Assembly (NCBI GenBank): GCA_000004985.1
Contig: GG738873.1
Source of the DNA: Naegleria gruberi
Taxonomy: Eukaryota
Length of the DNA: 64,000 nt
Strand: one strand, 5' to 3'
Under the pieces are notes generated by a model. It saw only the letters and a program-made list of their open reading frames with translations. It did not search any database and was not told the DNA's origin. Below are positions 9,672-19,391 of this stretch, piece after piece (position 1 is the first letter of the stretch; each line of letters opens with the position of its first letter). The position numbers and the translations under genes were made by a program.

Positions 9672-12600
9672 ATGATAATTGACCAACACCAAACTGCACC
9701 TCGTTGGATTTGCAACAAGTGCCAAGGATTCATCGATAGGGGAACAATCCGATACGTCAATACTGATGAAAAGGACTTTGACTTGTGTGAAAATTGTTAT
9801 CACTGGTGTTGGGAACAGTATCAGAAGAGAAAGCAACATAATACAAATTCACAATTTAATTCTCTTGATGATGATGGTGATGATGATGTTGGGAATAACA
9901 CGGAAAATAACAAAATATTGGACATGTTCTGTAGGGATTTGGAATTTATTGTACCAACCAAGTATCACTATTCTGAAATGAAAGGACGAATTAAAAGTTC
10001 CGATCGGTTTAATAGTTCTCTGTTTAGATCATTTGTTGAATATTCACTCAATCCTTGCTTTGGATTGTTGAAACAAGATGATGGTCCCTATCATTTTCAA
10101 ACCTATGAACAGGTATTTCATTTGATTTGTTGCATCAGTATTGGATTAGATCAGATTTTGAAACCATTAATACGAGTGGGAAAGAGACAATTTGTATCAA
10201 TATGTGGAAAGAATAATTTGTATTGGTATTTGAGTGATTATGCTTGTTTCTTTAGGGGGTTTGTGATTGCCCCCATTCATTTTGCTCAATCATTTGAGGA
10301 GACGAAATATTGCATTGAACTGACAGAGAGTCAAGTTGCTATTTGTACTGAAGAAATGTTAGATTTATTCATTAGAATTACCAAAGAGTTGGATATTGTG
10401 AAATATATTATTGTAATGGATGATACAGAATCAAAATCAAGAGGAAAATTTACCAATCAAAGAGGAACACAAGAAATTGAAATTATTCCAATGAATGACA
10501 TTATTGACGCTGGAAAATCAATATTGTGTGAATATTTGAATGAAAAGAACAAACCAAGAACGAATCCATATCCAGAACATTATGAAAATCACGAGACAAT
10601 CCTTGTGACTCCACCTCAGGACAAGTACGATCCTAGAAAGATGTGGATTGGAGTGGAACATGAAGAATTTATTCTAAATAGGTTGGATAATGAGGAGGAT
10701 CTAGTGACTCTTGTTTTCACAAGTGGATCCACTGGTATTCCAAAAGGAATCATGATGAGTGATAGAGCTTTGAGAAAGGAAGTACTCAGTTTAAGGATAA
10801 AAGATCCTAAAGTTCGTTTCTCTTTTTGTCCACTCGCTCACATGAGTGATAGAAAATACACCCTATTGGCCATGTGTAATGGAGCCAGAGTTGGAATATT
10901 TACTAGAGAATTTGTTCACATCTTTGAGGATATTCAAAACTGCAAACCAGTTGTAATTGCATCCACTCCAAGATTATTCAATGTGCTGTACGATGAGTTT
11001 AAGAAAGTAGTCGAATTGGAAAGAATTCGTTGGCTTTCTTCCACTGAAACTGGGAAACCAAAAACTGAGAAGGAACTTGAGGAAAGAACCATGCTTGACT
11101 TTCAATACATGCTTGGTGGGCGTGTTCAATCAATTATTCTTGGAGGGGCTTCTTCTAGCCCACAATTAAGAGAATTTTTGGCAAAATGTTTCCAGTGTAA
11201 AGTAACAGATGGTTTTGGAATGTCTGAAGCTGGAGGAATTATGAATAACAATCGACTCAACACTAATGTCGAATACAAGTTGATTGATGTTCCTGAATTG
11301 AGCTATTTCACAACAGACAAACCTTATCCGAGAGGAGAACTTTGTGTCAAGACAAATTACATGTTTATTGGATATTATAAGAATGAAGAGCTCACTAATA
11401 ATGCACTGGATGAAAATGGATGGTTACACACCAACGATATTGTTGAAGAATTAGGACCAAATCAAATCAGAATTATTGACAGACTGAAGAATATTTTCAA
11501 ATTGAGTCAGGGTGAATTCATAGCACCTGCCAAGATTGAAGATGCTCTCACTACCTCTAAATTTATTTTCCAAGCTTTTATTTATGGCAATGTGACAAAG
11601 AGCTACTTGGTTGGTGTCATTGTTCCCAACAAAACAGTTTTAAAACAGTTTGCAATTAAGGAAGGAATTATCAAACCATCAGCCGATCACCATCTCCTAA
11701 ATGAAGAAGAGAAAGAAGTATTGGCAAATAATGAGCTGATCAAGAAAGCTCTATGTGAAGAGATTGAGAAAGTTGCTGTAAATTGTTCACTTTTGTCTTA
11801 CGAAGTTCCAAAAGATTTTATCATTGAATTTGAACCTTTTAGTGAGAAAAATGATTTACTAACCTCCTCTATGAAGGTTAAGAGATTTGGATGTGAAATG
11901 AAATATAAGGAACAATTGGAGACACTCTATGAGCATGTAGATAGAAATTACAAGAGAAAGTTGGACGAAGATTTGATTCGTGAATTGTTAGTGAACTCCT
12001 CATCAGGCTCAGAGGAATCTGCAGATGGAAATATGAAAATTATTGACAGTCTTCATGCAGTTAAATTTTCTGGAATTATGAAACAAAAATTCAACATTGA
12101 CATTCCACTTTCATTGATATTTTCTCAAACGGATAGGAATGTGGAAAGTGTAGTGAGTAGAGTTTCAAACTTTGTCACAAAAGGCCAAACTAATCAGCAA
12201 TCGTATGACTGGAAAAAGGATATTCTCTTACCACAAGAACTTCTCGATGAAATTACTGACATTACTTCAAAAGGAAAGCAGAAATTCAATAAGATATCAA
12301 ACCTAAAGAAGGGTATTCTTCTGACTGGCTCAACTGGATTTTTAGGTGCCTTCCTATTGAGAGATTTATTGGAGAATTTACAAACAGCTCAGGAGCATGT
12401 GAAAATCTATTGTTTGATAAGAGAAAAGAATCAGCAACACAGTTTATTCACTAGATTGAAGAAACATCTTGTAAAATTCAATATCTGGAAAGATACTTAT
12501 GAAAGGAGAATATCTGTCATTAGGGGAAATTTACAGGATGAGAATTTAGGTCTCTCTCATGAGGAATTCAACAAATTGGCTGGAGATGTTGACATTATTT

Positions 12601-13604
12601 ACCACAATGGAGCATATGTCAACTCAGTCATGTCGTACTCTCAATTATTCTCTTCCAATGCTGGATCTACGTACTATTTATTGAAACTTGCTTGCCTGTC
12701 ATCAAAATTGAATATCCAAAATGATGGAGATTCCTTAACACCAATTATTCTCGTTTCAACTGTTGGTGTTGTACAATCTGCGTTGTCAGAATTTGATCTA
12801 CCAACCAGAAAATCTCAAGTTAATGATAACCCTCAGGAAACTAAAGAAATGATTAGCAATCATGTCGATCAAGTCATTGGTCAACTGAAACCAATTATTG
12901 AAAAAGCAGCTGGGTATAACAGCACCAAATTTATTGCAGAACAATACATTCAACAAGCAAGGTTATTGGGATATCCCGGTGCCATCTTTAGACCAGGAAT
13001 GATTGGAAGTGATACTGAGAATGGAGTTTCGAATTTAGAGGACTGGGTCAATAGGTTGATTCTGGGATGTTTCGAATTGGGTTGCTTCCCACAAACCAAA
13101 AAATCTCTCAATGTCATTCCTGTGGATATTATTTCAAGAGTGATTGTGGAATTGACACAGAATGAGAATGTATTCATTGGTACTTTACAATCCAATCCAA
13201 ACTATTTGATTTATGAGGTGGCTAATCTTTCTCAATATGAAATTCAAATTGATAATTTACTTGGCATCGCTGCCACAACTCTAGCGAAATTGCTAAACAA
13301 GAAACCAATGGAAATGGTTAGCTACACTAAGTGGAAACAAATACTGAATGAGAGAACATCAACCGAAGAAAACGAAATGTTATTGATTTTGAAAACTCTC
13401 TTCAAATCAGATACGGAATTTCTAAAAAGCATAAACAAACTCCAAGACAACCACATTCAGAAAATCATTGAAGTTCTTTCTAGATCAGAAAGCATACAGT
13501 GCAGAGAATTAGTTCCTAACAAAAATCTAAACCAAAACTATCTTGAAAAACAAGCTCTATACCTAGTCCAGAGTCTCAAGAAGAAATTGGGCGAAAATTT
13601 ATAA
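9672..13604 (+). CDS. ZZ-type zinc finger, long-chain acyl-CoA-synthetase-type adenylation domain, phosphopantetheine carrier (PCP) domain and NAD(P)-dependent thioester reductase domain (about 1,310 aa)
   Basis: Uninterrupted ORF; the first ATG at 9672 has an A-run before it. The ZZ finger is CNKCQGFIDRGTIRYVNTDEKDFDLCENCYHWCWEQY. AMP-binding motifs are LVFTSGSTGIPKG, GYYKNEELT..GWLHTNDI, IIDRLKNIFKLSQGEFIAPAKIE and LLTSSMKVKR (ACSL-type). The carrier motif is GNMKIIDSLHAVKF...IDIPLSLIF (DSL serine). The reductase domain has LLTGSTGFLGAFLL (Rossmann fold) and GYNSTKFIAEQ (YxxxK). Confidence 0.85.
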   Translation: MIIDQHQTAPRWICNKCQGFIDRGTIRYVNTDEKDFDLCENCYHWCWEQYQKRKQHNTNSQFNSLDDDGDDDVGNNTENNKILDMFCRDLEFIVPTKYHYSEMKGRIKSSDRFNSSLFRSFVEYSLNPCFGLLKQDDGPYHFQTYEQVFHLICCISIGLDQILKPLIRVGKRQFVSICGKNNLYWYLSDYACFFRGFVIAPIHFAQSFEETKYCIELTESQVAICTEEMLDLFIRITKELDIVKYIIVMDDTESKSRGKFTNQRGTQEIEIIPMNDIIDAGKSILCEYLNEKNKPRTNPYPEHYENHETILVTPPQDKYDPRKMWIGVEHEEFILNRLDNEEDLVTLVFTSGSTGIPKGIMMSDRALRKEVLSLRIKDPKVRFSFCPLAHMSDRKYTLLAMCNGARVGIFTREFVHIFEDIQNCKPVVIASTPRLFNVLYDEFKKVVELERIRWLSSTETGKPKTEKELEERTMLDFQYMLGGRVQSIILGGASSSPQLREFLAKCFQCKVTDGFGMSEAGGIMNNNRLNTNVEYKLIDVPELSYFTTDKPYPRGELCVKTNYMFIGYYKNEELTNNALDENGWLHTNDIVEELGPNQIRIIDRLKNIFKLSQGEFIAPAKIEDALTTSKFIFQAFIYGNVTKSYLVGVIVPNKTVLKQFAIKEGIIKPSADHHLLNEEEKEVLANNELIKKALCEEIEKVAVNCSLLSYEVPKDFIIEFEPFSEKNDLLTSSMKVKRFGCEMKYKEQLETLYEHVDRNYKRKLDEDLIRELLVNSSSGSEESADGNMKIIDSLHAVKFSGIMKQKFNIDIPLSLIFSQTDRNVESVVSRVSNFVTKGQTNQQSYDWKKDILLPQELLDEITDITSKGKQKFNKISNLKKGILLTGSTGFLGAFLLRDLLENLQTAQEHVKIYCLIREKNQQHSLFTRLKKHLVKFNIWKDTYERRISVIRGNLQDENLGLSHEEFNKLAGDVDIIYHNGAYVNSVMSYSQLFSSNAGSTYYLLKLACLSSKLNIQNDGDSLTPIILVSTVGVVQSALSEFDLPTRKSQVNDNPQETKEMISNHVDQVIGQLKPIIEKAAGYNSTKFIAEQYIQQARLLGYPGAIFRPGMIGSDTENGVSNLEDWVNRLILGCFELGCFPQTKKSLNVIPVDIISRVIVELTQNENVFIGTLQSNPNYLIYEVANLSQYEIQIDNLLGIAATTLAKLLNKKPMEMVSYTKWKQILNERTSTEENEMLLILKTLFKSDTEFLKSINKLQDNHIQKIIEVLSRSESIQCRELVPNKNLNQNYLEKQALYLVQSLKKKLGENL

Positions 13605-14261
13605 AGTTTTAAGAAAAGATAAAGTTGCAATATGTCTGAGTTTTCTGGATTTTCAAAAAGTGAAATATTCCGAATGTTAAATTGAAATACTTATTACCAG
13701 GTTAGCTAGCCATAAAATTTGTCATCATACATGCTCGGAATTTGACAAATACTCAATTTTACTCTGATTGAGATTTCTTTGTGCAATGATTTTTCAATTA
13801 ATTAAAAGAGTTAGGTGGCTCCTAATCTGACGGTTTGTGCAATGTCTGATTGAAACCAAATCAAAGTGAGCAATTAAGCTCAAACCCTGATCCCTACAAA
13901 AAATTGAGTTAATAGTAGATGCAACCCGTGAGCTGCTTTCAGCTATTAAACTGAAAAGAAAAGATACTACACTCGATCAAAGCCAATTGGCCGAGAAAGA
14001 TGGTTTTGAGAATTGCATAAGGAACAGAGTATTTATTCTGTTGGTTGTGGAGTGAAGAATGGCAAAATGTTTGTGGTATTTTAATAAATTTTAATGCCTT
14101 GTTCGACTATTGATATTGAACATGTAGCGAATCTTAATAATCAATATTTATGATGGAGCAGTTCAATCAGAACTTGGAAAGAATGTGAGAAGCAAACTTG
14201 ACTAACAATTAAGGGGGATGCATTGATAAGTAAAACGTGAACTAGTGAAAAAAACAAATAA

Positions 14262-14268
14262 ACAAAAA
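14262..14268 (-). terminator. Pol III oligo-T terminator directly after 5S copy 1
   Basis: The minus strand reads TCTTTTTGTTTATTTG immediately 3' of the 5S end. Confidence 0.5.
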
Positions 14269-14390
14269 GACTACAGCACCACAGGTTCCCAAGTTGTCTC
14301 CAACCTCAGTACTGATGTGGCTCGACGATGCTTAACTTCTCAAATAGGACGGGATGAGGTGTATTCATCGTGATATGGCCGTAGCCATAC
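14269..14390 (-). rRNA. 5S ribosomal RNA gene (copy 1)
   Basis: The minus strand reads GTATGGCTACGGCCATATCACGATGAATACACCTCATCCCGTCCTATTTGAGAAGTTAAGCATCGTCGAGCCACATCAGTACTGAGGTTGGAGACAACTTGGGAACCTGTGGTGCTGTAGTC. It is about 122 nt, has the conserved 5S blocks (CTACGGCCATA, CCCGTC, GAAGTTAAGCA, AGTACT, GGTGCTGTAG) and is followed by a T-run. Confidence 0.85.
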
Positions 14391-14502
14391 ATACTAATAA
14401 AATATGAAATAAATGAATTCACAATAATGACATTTCAAAATCCTTACTTCGTTTCTTAACCTTAGTAAGAAACAATCATTCATTATTCTCATTAATGGAT
14501 TA

Positions 14503-16110
14503 TTAAAATTTAATAATAATTTTCTTATGTTGACTCTTATCATATTTGGTAATAGTAAAACAATTAAATTGTTTCAAATTGATTGTTAACCATTCGTAAA
14601 ATTCTTTAAATTGACAATTATTGGAATCATAATCACCATACAATTCCACTATCAAAGTGGTCAATTTTGCCAACTTGCATACCTCCTTTCTAAACTTATC
14701 TCCAAAAATGTATTCCCACTCAATTTGATTTACTTTGAGAGTTGTCAAACTGGTTAACAACCCCAAGTTTAAAAACCTAAATTTCACTCTCGACAGTCCA
14801 GGATAAGTTGGTATCGTAAACTCAAAATATTCCAATTTCTCAAGCTTTGAAAGATGAATTAATGGAATGCAATCTGAGAATGTCAAAGATTTGAGTTCAG
14901 GGAAACCTTGAATCATTTGAAAATCATCTAACAAAAGAGTTTGTAGTTTCACTCTGCTCAGAGTTTTAGAATTTGATAATTGAATTATGGATTCCATATC
15001 AGATCTGTTAGTATCAATGATTAATGTTTTCAATTTTGGAAATTCAGAAAGAGAGGCACATACATCAACCATGGAATCATTATGGTTATCATGTTTGGCA
15101 TCCAGAATTTGTAGTGTTGTTAAATTTTTCAATTGTTTCAAACTGTCTGCTTTTTCCAAAGTCAATCCTCCATAAAAACTTAAATATTCTAAATTGGGGA
15201 AATGCTGAATATTGTCTAAGGTACTCCCACATTCATATTTACTCCTCAATTCCAATTTAGTGCATTTATCATAAATTTGATCAAGTTTAATTTTATCCAT
15301 ACCAAAACAAAAGATATCCACCAGTCTTAAATGTTCCACATTAGGAAATAATTTTAAAATAGGTTTCAATAATTCTAGATTTCTTGGCACATCCTCAAAA
15401 TTTACAACCTTGATAGAATTAAAAAGATCTTGATTCCTCTTTGATTTTGCTGATAATTTCTCAATCTTGTGGCAATATGCATTCACGAACTTTTGTTCAA
15501 TTTTTCTTTCCTTAGTTAACTTGGATCTATCAAAGCTATCACCATCACAAACTTCACACTTTTTCTGAAATATCAGCTTTTTATCCGAAATTTTAGTAAT
15601 TTGATTCAACAGTTGAGTTTCCCAATATGGAATATTAGAACTATTCAAACTTTTCATTTTCCATAACAAAAATTTAACTCTCGCCATATTGGAATTCTTC
15701 CTACACTCATTAACAAGTCCAAATTTAAATATAAATTTAATTCTTCCATCGGAGAGAAATCTTCCAAACCAATCCTTAATAAACAATTTCCAATCAATTA
15801 CAGATTCATCATTAAACTCATCAATACAAAGCGTCGAATTAATTATTACATTCCCACAAAATTCCAAAATATACAAGACACAATCGGAGGGAAGCCTAGC
15901 AAATTGTGAGGCAATACAACGAGAAGCAGAAACAGAAACAGAATTTGATGATCGCCTTATTCCGTCTTGTCGTTTAATCAATGCTGCGGAAGGAGTAGAA
16001 ACATGCCGTTTCGAAGTGATCCTATATGATGATGTTTTAATTGGTGATGAATTGGAAATATTCATAGTCGTGGTTGTATGACTGTTCATTCCTTCTTTAA
16101 AAGATTTCAT
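14503..16110 (-). CDS. F-box-like / leucine-rich-repeat protein (535 aa)
   Basis: Single ORF with an A-run before the ATG. It has an F-box-like LPSDCVLYILEFCG near residue 75. The C-terminal two thirds carry LRR-like periodic L..L..L..N/C motifs (LKNLTTLQILD, LKSLTFSDC, LTSLTTLKVN). Confidence 0.7.
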   Translation of the reverse strand: MKSFKEGMNSHTTTTMNISNSSPIKTSSYRITSKRHVSTPSAALIKRQDGIRRSSNSVSVSASRCIASQFARLPSDCVLYILEFCGNVIINSTLCIDEFNDESVIDWKLFIKDWFGRFLSDGRIKFIFKFGLVNECRKNSNMARVKFLLWKMKSLNSSNIPYWETQLLNQITKISDKKLIFQKKCEVCDGDSFDRSKLTKERKIEQKFVNAYCHKIEKLSAKSKRNQDLFNSIKVVNFEDVPRNLELLKPILKLFPNVEHLRLVDIFCFGMDKIKLDQIYDKCTKLELRSKYECGSTLDNIQHFPNLEYLSFYGGLTLEKADSLKQLKNLTTLQILDAKHDNHNDSMVDVCASLSEFPKLKTLIIDTNRSDMESIIQLSNSKTLSRVKLQTLLLDDFQMIQGFPELKSLTFSDCIPLIHLSKLEKLEYFEFTIPTYPGLSRVKFRFLNLGLLTSLTTLKVNQIEWEYIFGDKFRKEVCKLAKLTTLIVELYGDYDSNNCQFKEFYEWLTINLKQFNCFTITKYDKSQHKKIIIKF

Positions 16111-16215
16111 TTTTTTTATTAAAAAGAAATTACATAATTAATTCAAGTTTTATATTTCTCATGTACTTTACAATTAATTTGGAGTGATAGAATTAGTCCA
16201 GATAGAATGAGTCAA

Positions 16216-17590
16216 TTAAGCAAGTTGTTTGAAGAATCTGTTCCACATTGCCTCATTTGCCTTTTCTAAATCAATTTTTTTATCATCTTCTTCATCTTCT
16301 TCTTCCTCATCTTCCTCGTCTTCATCTTCTGCAAAATTGGAATTATTTGAAAGACCTCTACACTTGTGCAGTGGTTTCTTTTTAGCACGAAATAAATTAG
16401 GTTCGTTTCGGTCGATATATTGGTCTGCTGCCTCAGATAATGAGACTACTTTACAAAATCTATTCGTGTTCTCTATCAAATTGGAAATACTCTTTGAATT
16501 TTTAAATGGTAAAACGTTTAAACTTCCATTATTGGTGGAAACTTTTACAAAATCAAAGAATTTTTCAGACTTGTTGTAAATTGAAATTTCAACTTGTGAA
16601 AAATCTGTTGGATCATCTGGTTCGGAAGCATCATCTTTTGAAGTGCAAATATATTGATGAGTCAATTGGGGTTTGAATATTAAGGGAAGGGATGGCTCAG
16701 TATTAGAAATCATCTTACAAATAGAATGAATGAAATCTCTCAAAATAATGGGATCCTTTTCGATTGAAATAATAATATCATCATCATAGATCCATCCATC
16801 ATAATTTCTAATTTTGGATTTGAATATTGAGGTTTCTTTGGAATTGAGCTGGACGACTTGTCGAATAATAAAATCGTCATAGTTTCCTCCAGGTTGACGT
16901 CTAGAGTTTCATCTCAGTAATCATAAAAAAATATGAAACTTACTCTAATACTTTAAAATCAATTATCATCTTGATATCAAGAGAATCTTTGAATTGTTTC
17001 AATTCAGGTGACAGCTTTTCACTCAGTAATAAGCTCAATCTTGGTTCAATTCTCTTTCTTTTGAAATATTCCACAAATTGATTAGAACTCAAGAGTGTTA
17101 TAATGAGTTTTTCGTAATGAAAATCAAACTGTTTACAAGTTACTGCCAAATTGACCATCGAAGAACCATCTAAAAATTCACACACATGTGAAAATTCATC
17201 AAAATTCAATTTCAAACCACATTTTCCACTCAATTGAATTTCCTCACATTGTGCTCTAACAACTTTGTTTCTTTCAAAGAATCGATGCAACACTGTTTCA
17301 TATTGATCATGATATTTTCTTACCTCATCCTCCTCAAAGTAATTCCATTCTGTGTAAATATCACCACACAAACCGAAAAAGTAGTACCTAGAAGGATCTG
17401 CAGTGTCAGAAACCTCCGATGCTTCAAGTTGTAATATTTCATCAATTTGATCATCATTTAATTTGTGGCCATATTCGAGAAGGGCTTTTCTAAAATAGAG
17501 GTAGAATGGAGTGAGAGGAACTACGTGTCCATTGATGATGATTGGAGTCGGCTCGGTTAATGTTACGAGAGTACGTTTACGTCTTGCCAT
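16216..17590 (-). CDS. Hypothetical protein (about 443 aa) with an acidic D/E tail. Two exons, join(16216..16900,16944..17590).
   Basis: ATG at 17590 follows an A-run. The stop of the upstream 216-aa ORF lies inside a GA|GTAAGT donor. A 43-nt intron (acceptor ctctag) joins it in frame to an open frame (RQPGGNYDDFII...) that has no ATG of its own and runs into the 16216-16743 ORF. The C-terminus is DEDEEDEEEEDEEDD. Confidence 0.6.
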
Positions 17591-17753
17591 TTTTTTTAAT
17601 AAACTTTACAATGACAGTGAAAATCTAGCAAAAAAAGAAAGTTCTCTTTAATGATCAATTCCGATAATATTCTATATTTTCATAACATCAAGAAAACCAT
17701 CTAATCTACCTAATATCTTAAAAATATAATATGAGAGTTTATTTATCTCTGGC

Positions 17754-19243
17754 TCATTCTTTTAAAACCCAATTTGAAAGAATATCTGGATCTACAGTAA
17801 GCAAATCATCAACAATTTCTCCTGCCACCACTTTTTTGAAATATGGAATGGAAGTGACTTTACATTCTCTGAAAATGTCCAACATTTCATCATTATCCAG
17901 TTTGTAAAATTTGAACTTTGAATTCAAATTGGACAATTTTCCAAATTGTGGAGAAACCATTTTACAAGGGCCCTAATTAGATTTGTACACAATTTAGAAT
18001 AACTACTTACACACCAGGTTGCTGTAAAATAAATAATTGCATTTTCTTTTGAAGAGAAAATAGCCCTAAAATCCTTTTCTTCTGTTATTGGAACTGCCTT
18101 ACCCATGATTTTCGTTTCCAAGTCCAATTTTAATGTTATCAATTCATTAGATTCTCTCAATTGTCCAACAAGTGTCATGACTTTCTCAATAGATCCTTCC
18201 TCAATATTTAATTCAATGCTATTTGATAATGTATTGACAAAATCAATGCATGATTCTGTTCCCTCTCCTTCTAAGCTCGTTATAAGTTCTCTCACCGATG
18301 CAACAATCTTTCTTGATTGTAATTTTGAAGAGTAGAATTTATCAAACTCCCTACATGGTTCTATATACTTGTCTATTGGGAAATTATTGGCACAATTCAA
18401 ATGCAAGAATGTGAGTAGCTCTTCAGTTAAAACCTCTTCTCCACACGATAATAATTGTCTTTTTAAGGTTGAATCTGATCGAGACAACCGAAGAACTGGA
18501 ATATAAGGAAGATTAAATTCATCTGACATATCATTCTTTTCAATGTCCATGCAAAGAATTTGAATTTTCTCTCCACCTTCTTCAAGTAGTTGAGCCACAA
18601 ATTCTATTACTGGAAATAAATCATCACAAGGCTCACAATTATTAATATAATTGACAACTAACACATCCATACTTGATTTCCAAACCAATTCATCATATGC
18701 AGAGTGAACCAATTTCTTCAAACTCTTCCAACCTTCAAGTTGATCGTTTAGAGATCTCTTCTCGCTCTTGTAAAATACCTTCTCCTCTCCAGATCTGATT
18801 CTATCAAGCCAACCCAATATTGGTTCAATCTCAAAAGTACCTCTATACAAAAACTTGAACACTCTCTTTGAAAAATATCTATACAATAAGAGTGCTGGTT
18901 CGAGAAGTTCAGAAATACCAAAACACTCTGGTAGATTATCCGACTCACTCAGAGGAGCATTAATCCAAACAATATCAACAACATTGGTTTCTTGGGTATC
19001 CTCATCCAACAACAATTCCATGGAGAATAATTTCCTTTGAGTGGCCTCATCTTCCGATTGTAGGATGGTTTCAATTTTTGAAAGGAAATCTTGTTCTGTT
19101 CCCTTATTAAAACAATACATTACACATCTACCATCCAATCTGGCTGCTTCTGGCGAAGAAATGGAAATCAATTTGGACATTTTTTTGAGTGAACTTTTTC
19201 TCCTTGATAATCCATTTATGAAAAATGTTCTTCCTGTTTTCAT
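17754..19243 (-). CDS. Thioredoxin-domain protein with an internal CEPC thioredoxin-like domain and a C-terminal WCGPC thioredoxin domain. join(17754..17972,18011..19243).
   Basis: The 439-aa ORF ends ...IIYFTATWC at a GTAAGT donor. A 38-nt intron (17973-18010, acceptor ctaattag) joins it to the 68-aa ORF as GPCKMVSPQ..., rebuilding the canonical WCGPCK active site. The downstream sequence (IPYFKKVVAGEIVD) fits a thioredoxin fold. An earlier NNCEPCDDLFPVIEF segment is a second CxxC thioredoxin-like motif. Confidence 0.75.
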
Positions 19244-19260
19244 TCAAAATGGTGTTTAAA

Positions 19261-19269
19261 AGATGAAAA
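19261..19269 (-). terminator. Pol III oligo-T terminator after 5S copy 2
   Basis: The minus strand reads TCTTTTCATCTTTT immediately 3' of the 5S end. Confidence 0.45.
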
Positions 19270-19391
19270 GACTACAGCACCACAGGTTCCCAAGTTGTCT
19301 CCAACCTCAGTACTGATGTGGCTCGACGATGCTTAACTTCTCAAATCGGACGGGATGAGGTGCATGAATCGTGATATGGCCGTAGCCATTC
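19270..19391 (-). rRNA. 5S ribosomal RNA gene (copy 2)
   Basis: Same 122-nt sequence as copy 1 with about 6 substitutions, followed by a T-run. It sits 27 nt from the ATG of the thioredoxin-domain gene. Confidence 0.85.

Noticed and set aside
9679-9981. 100-aa plus ORF overlapping the start of the ZZ-A-T-R gene in another frame
   Set aside because: It lies inside a strongly supported CDS in a different frame, and its sequence is low complexity.
15689-16081. 130-aa plus ORF inside the F-box/LRR gene 14503-16110
   Set aside because: It is antisense to a continuous 535-aa ORF with a proper start context. It has no support.
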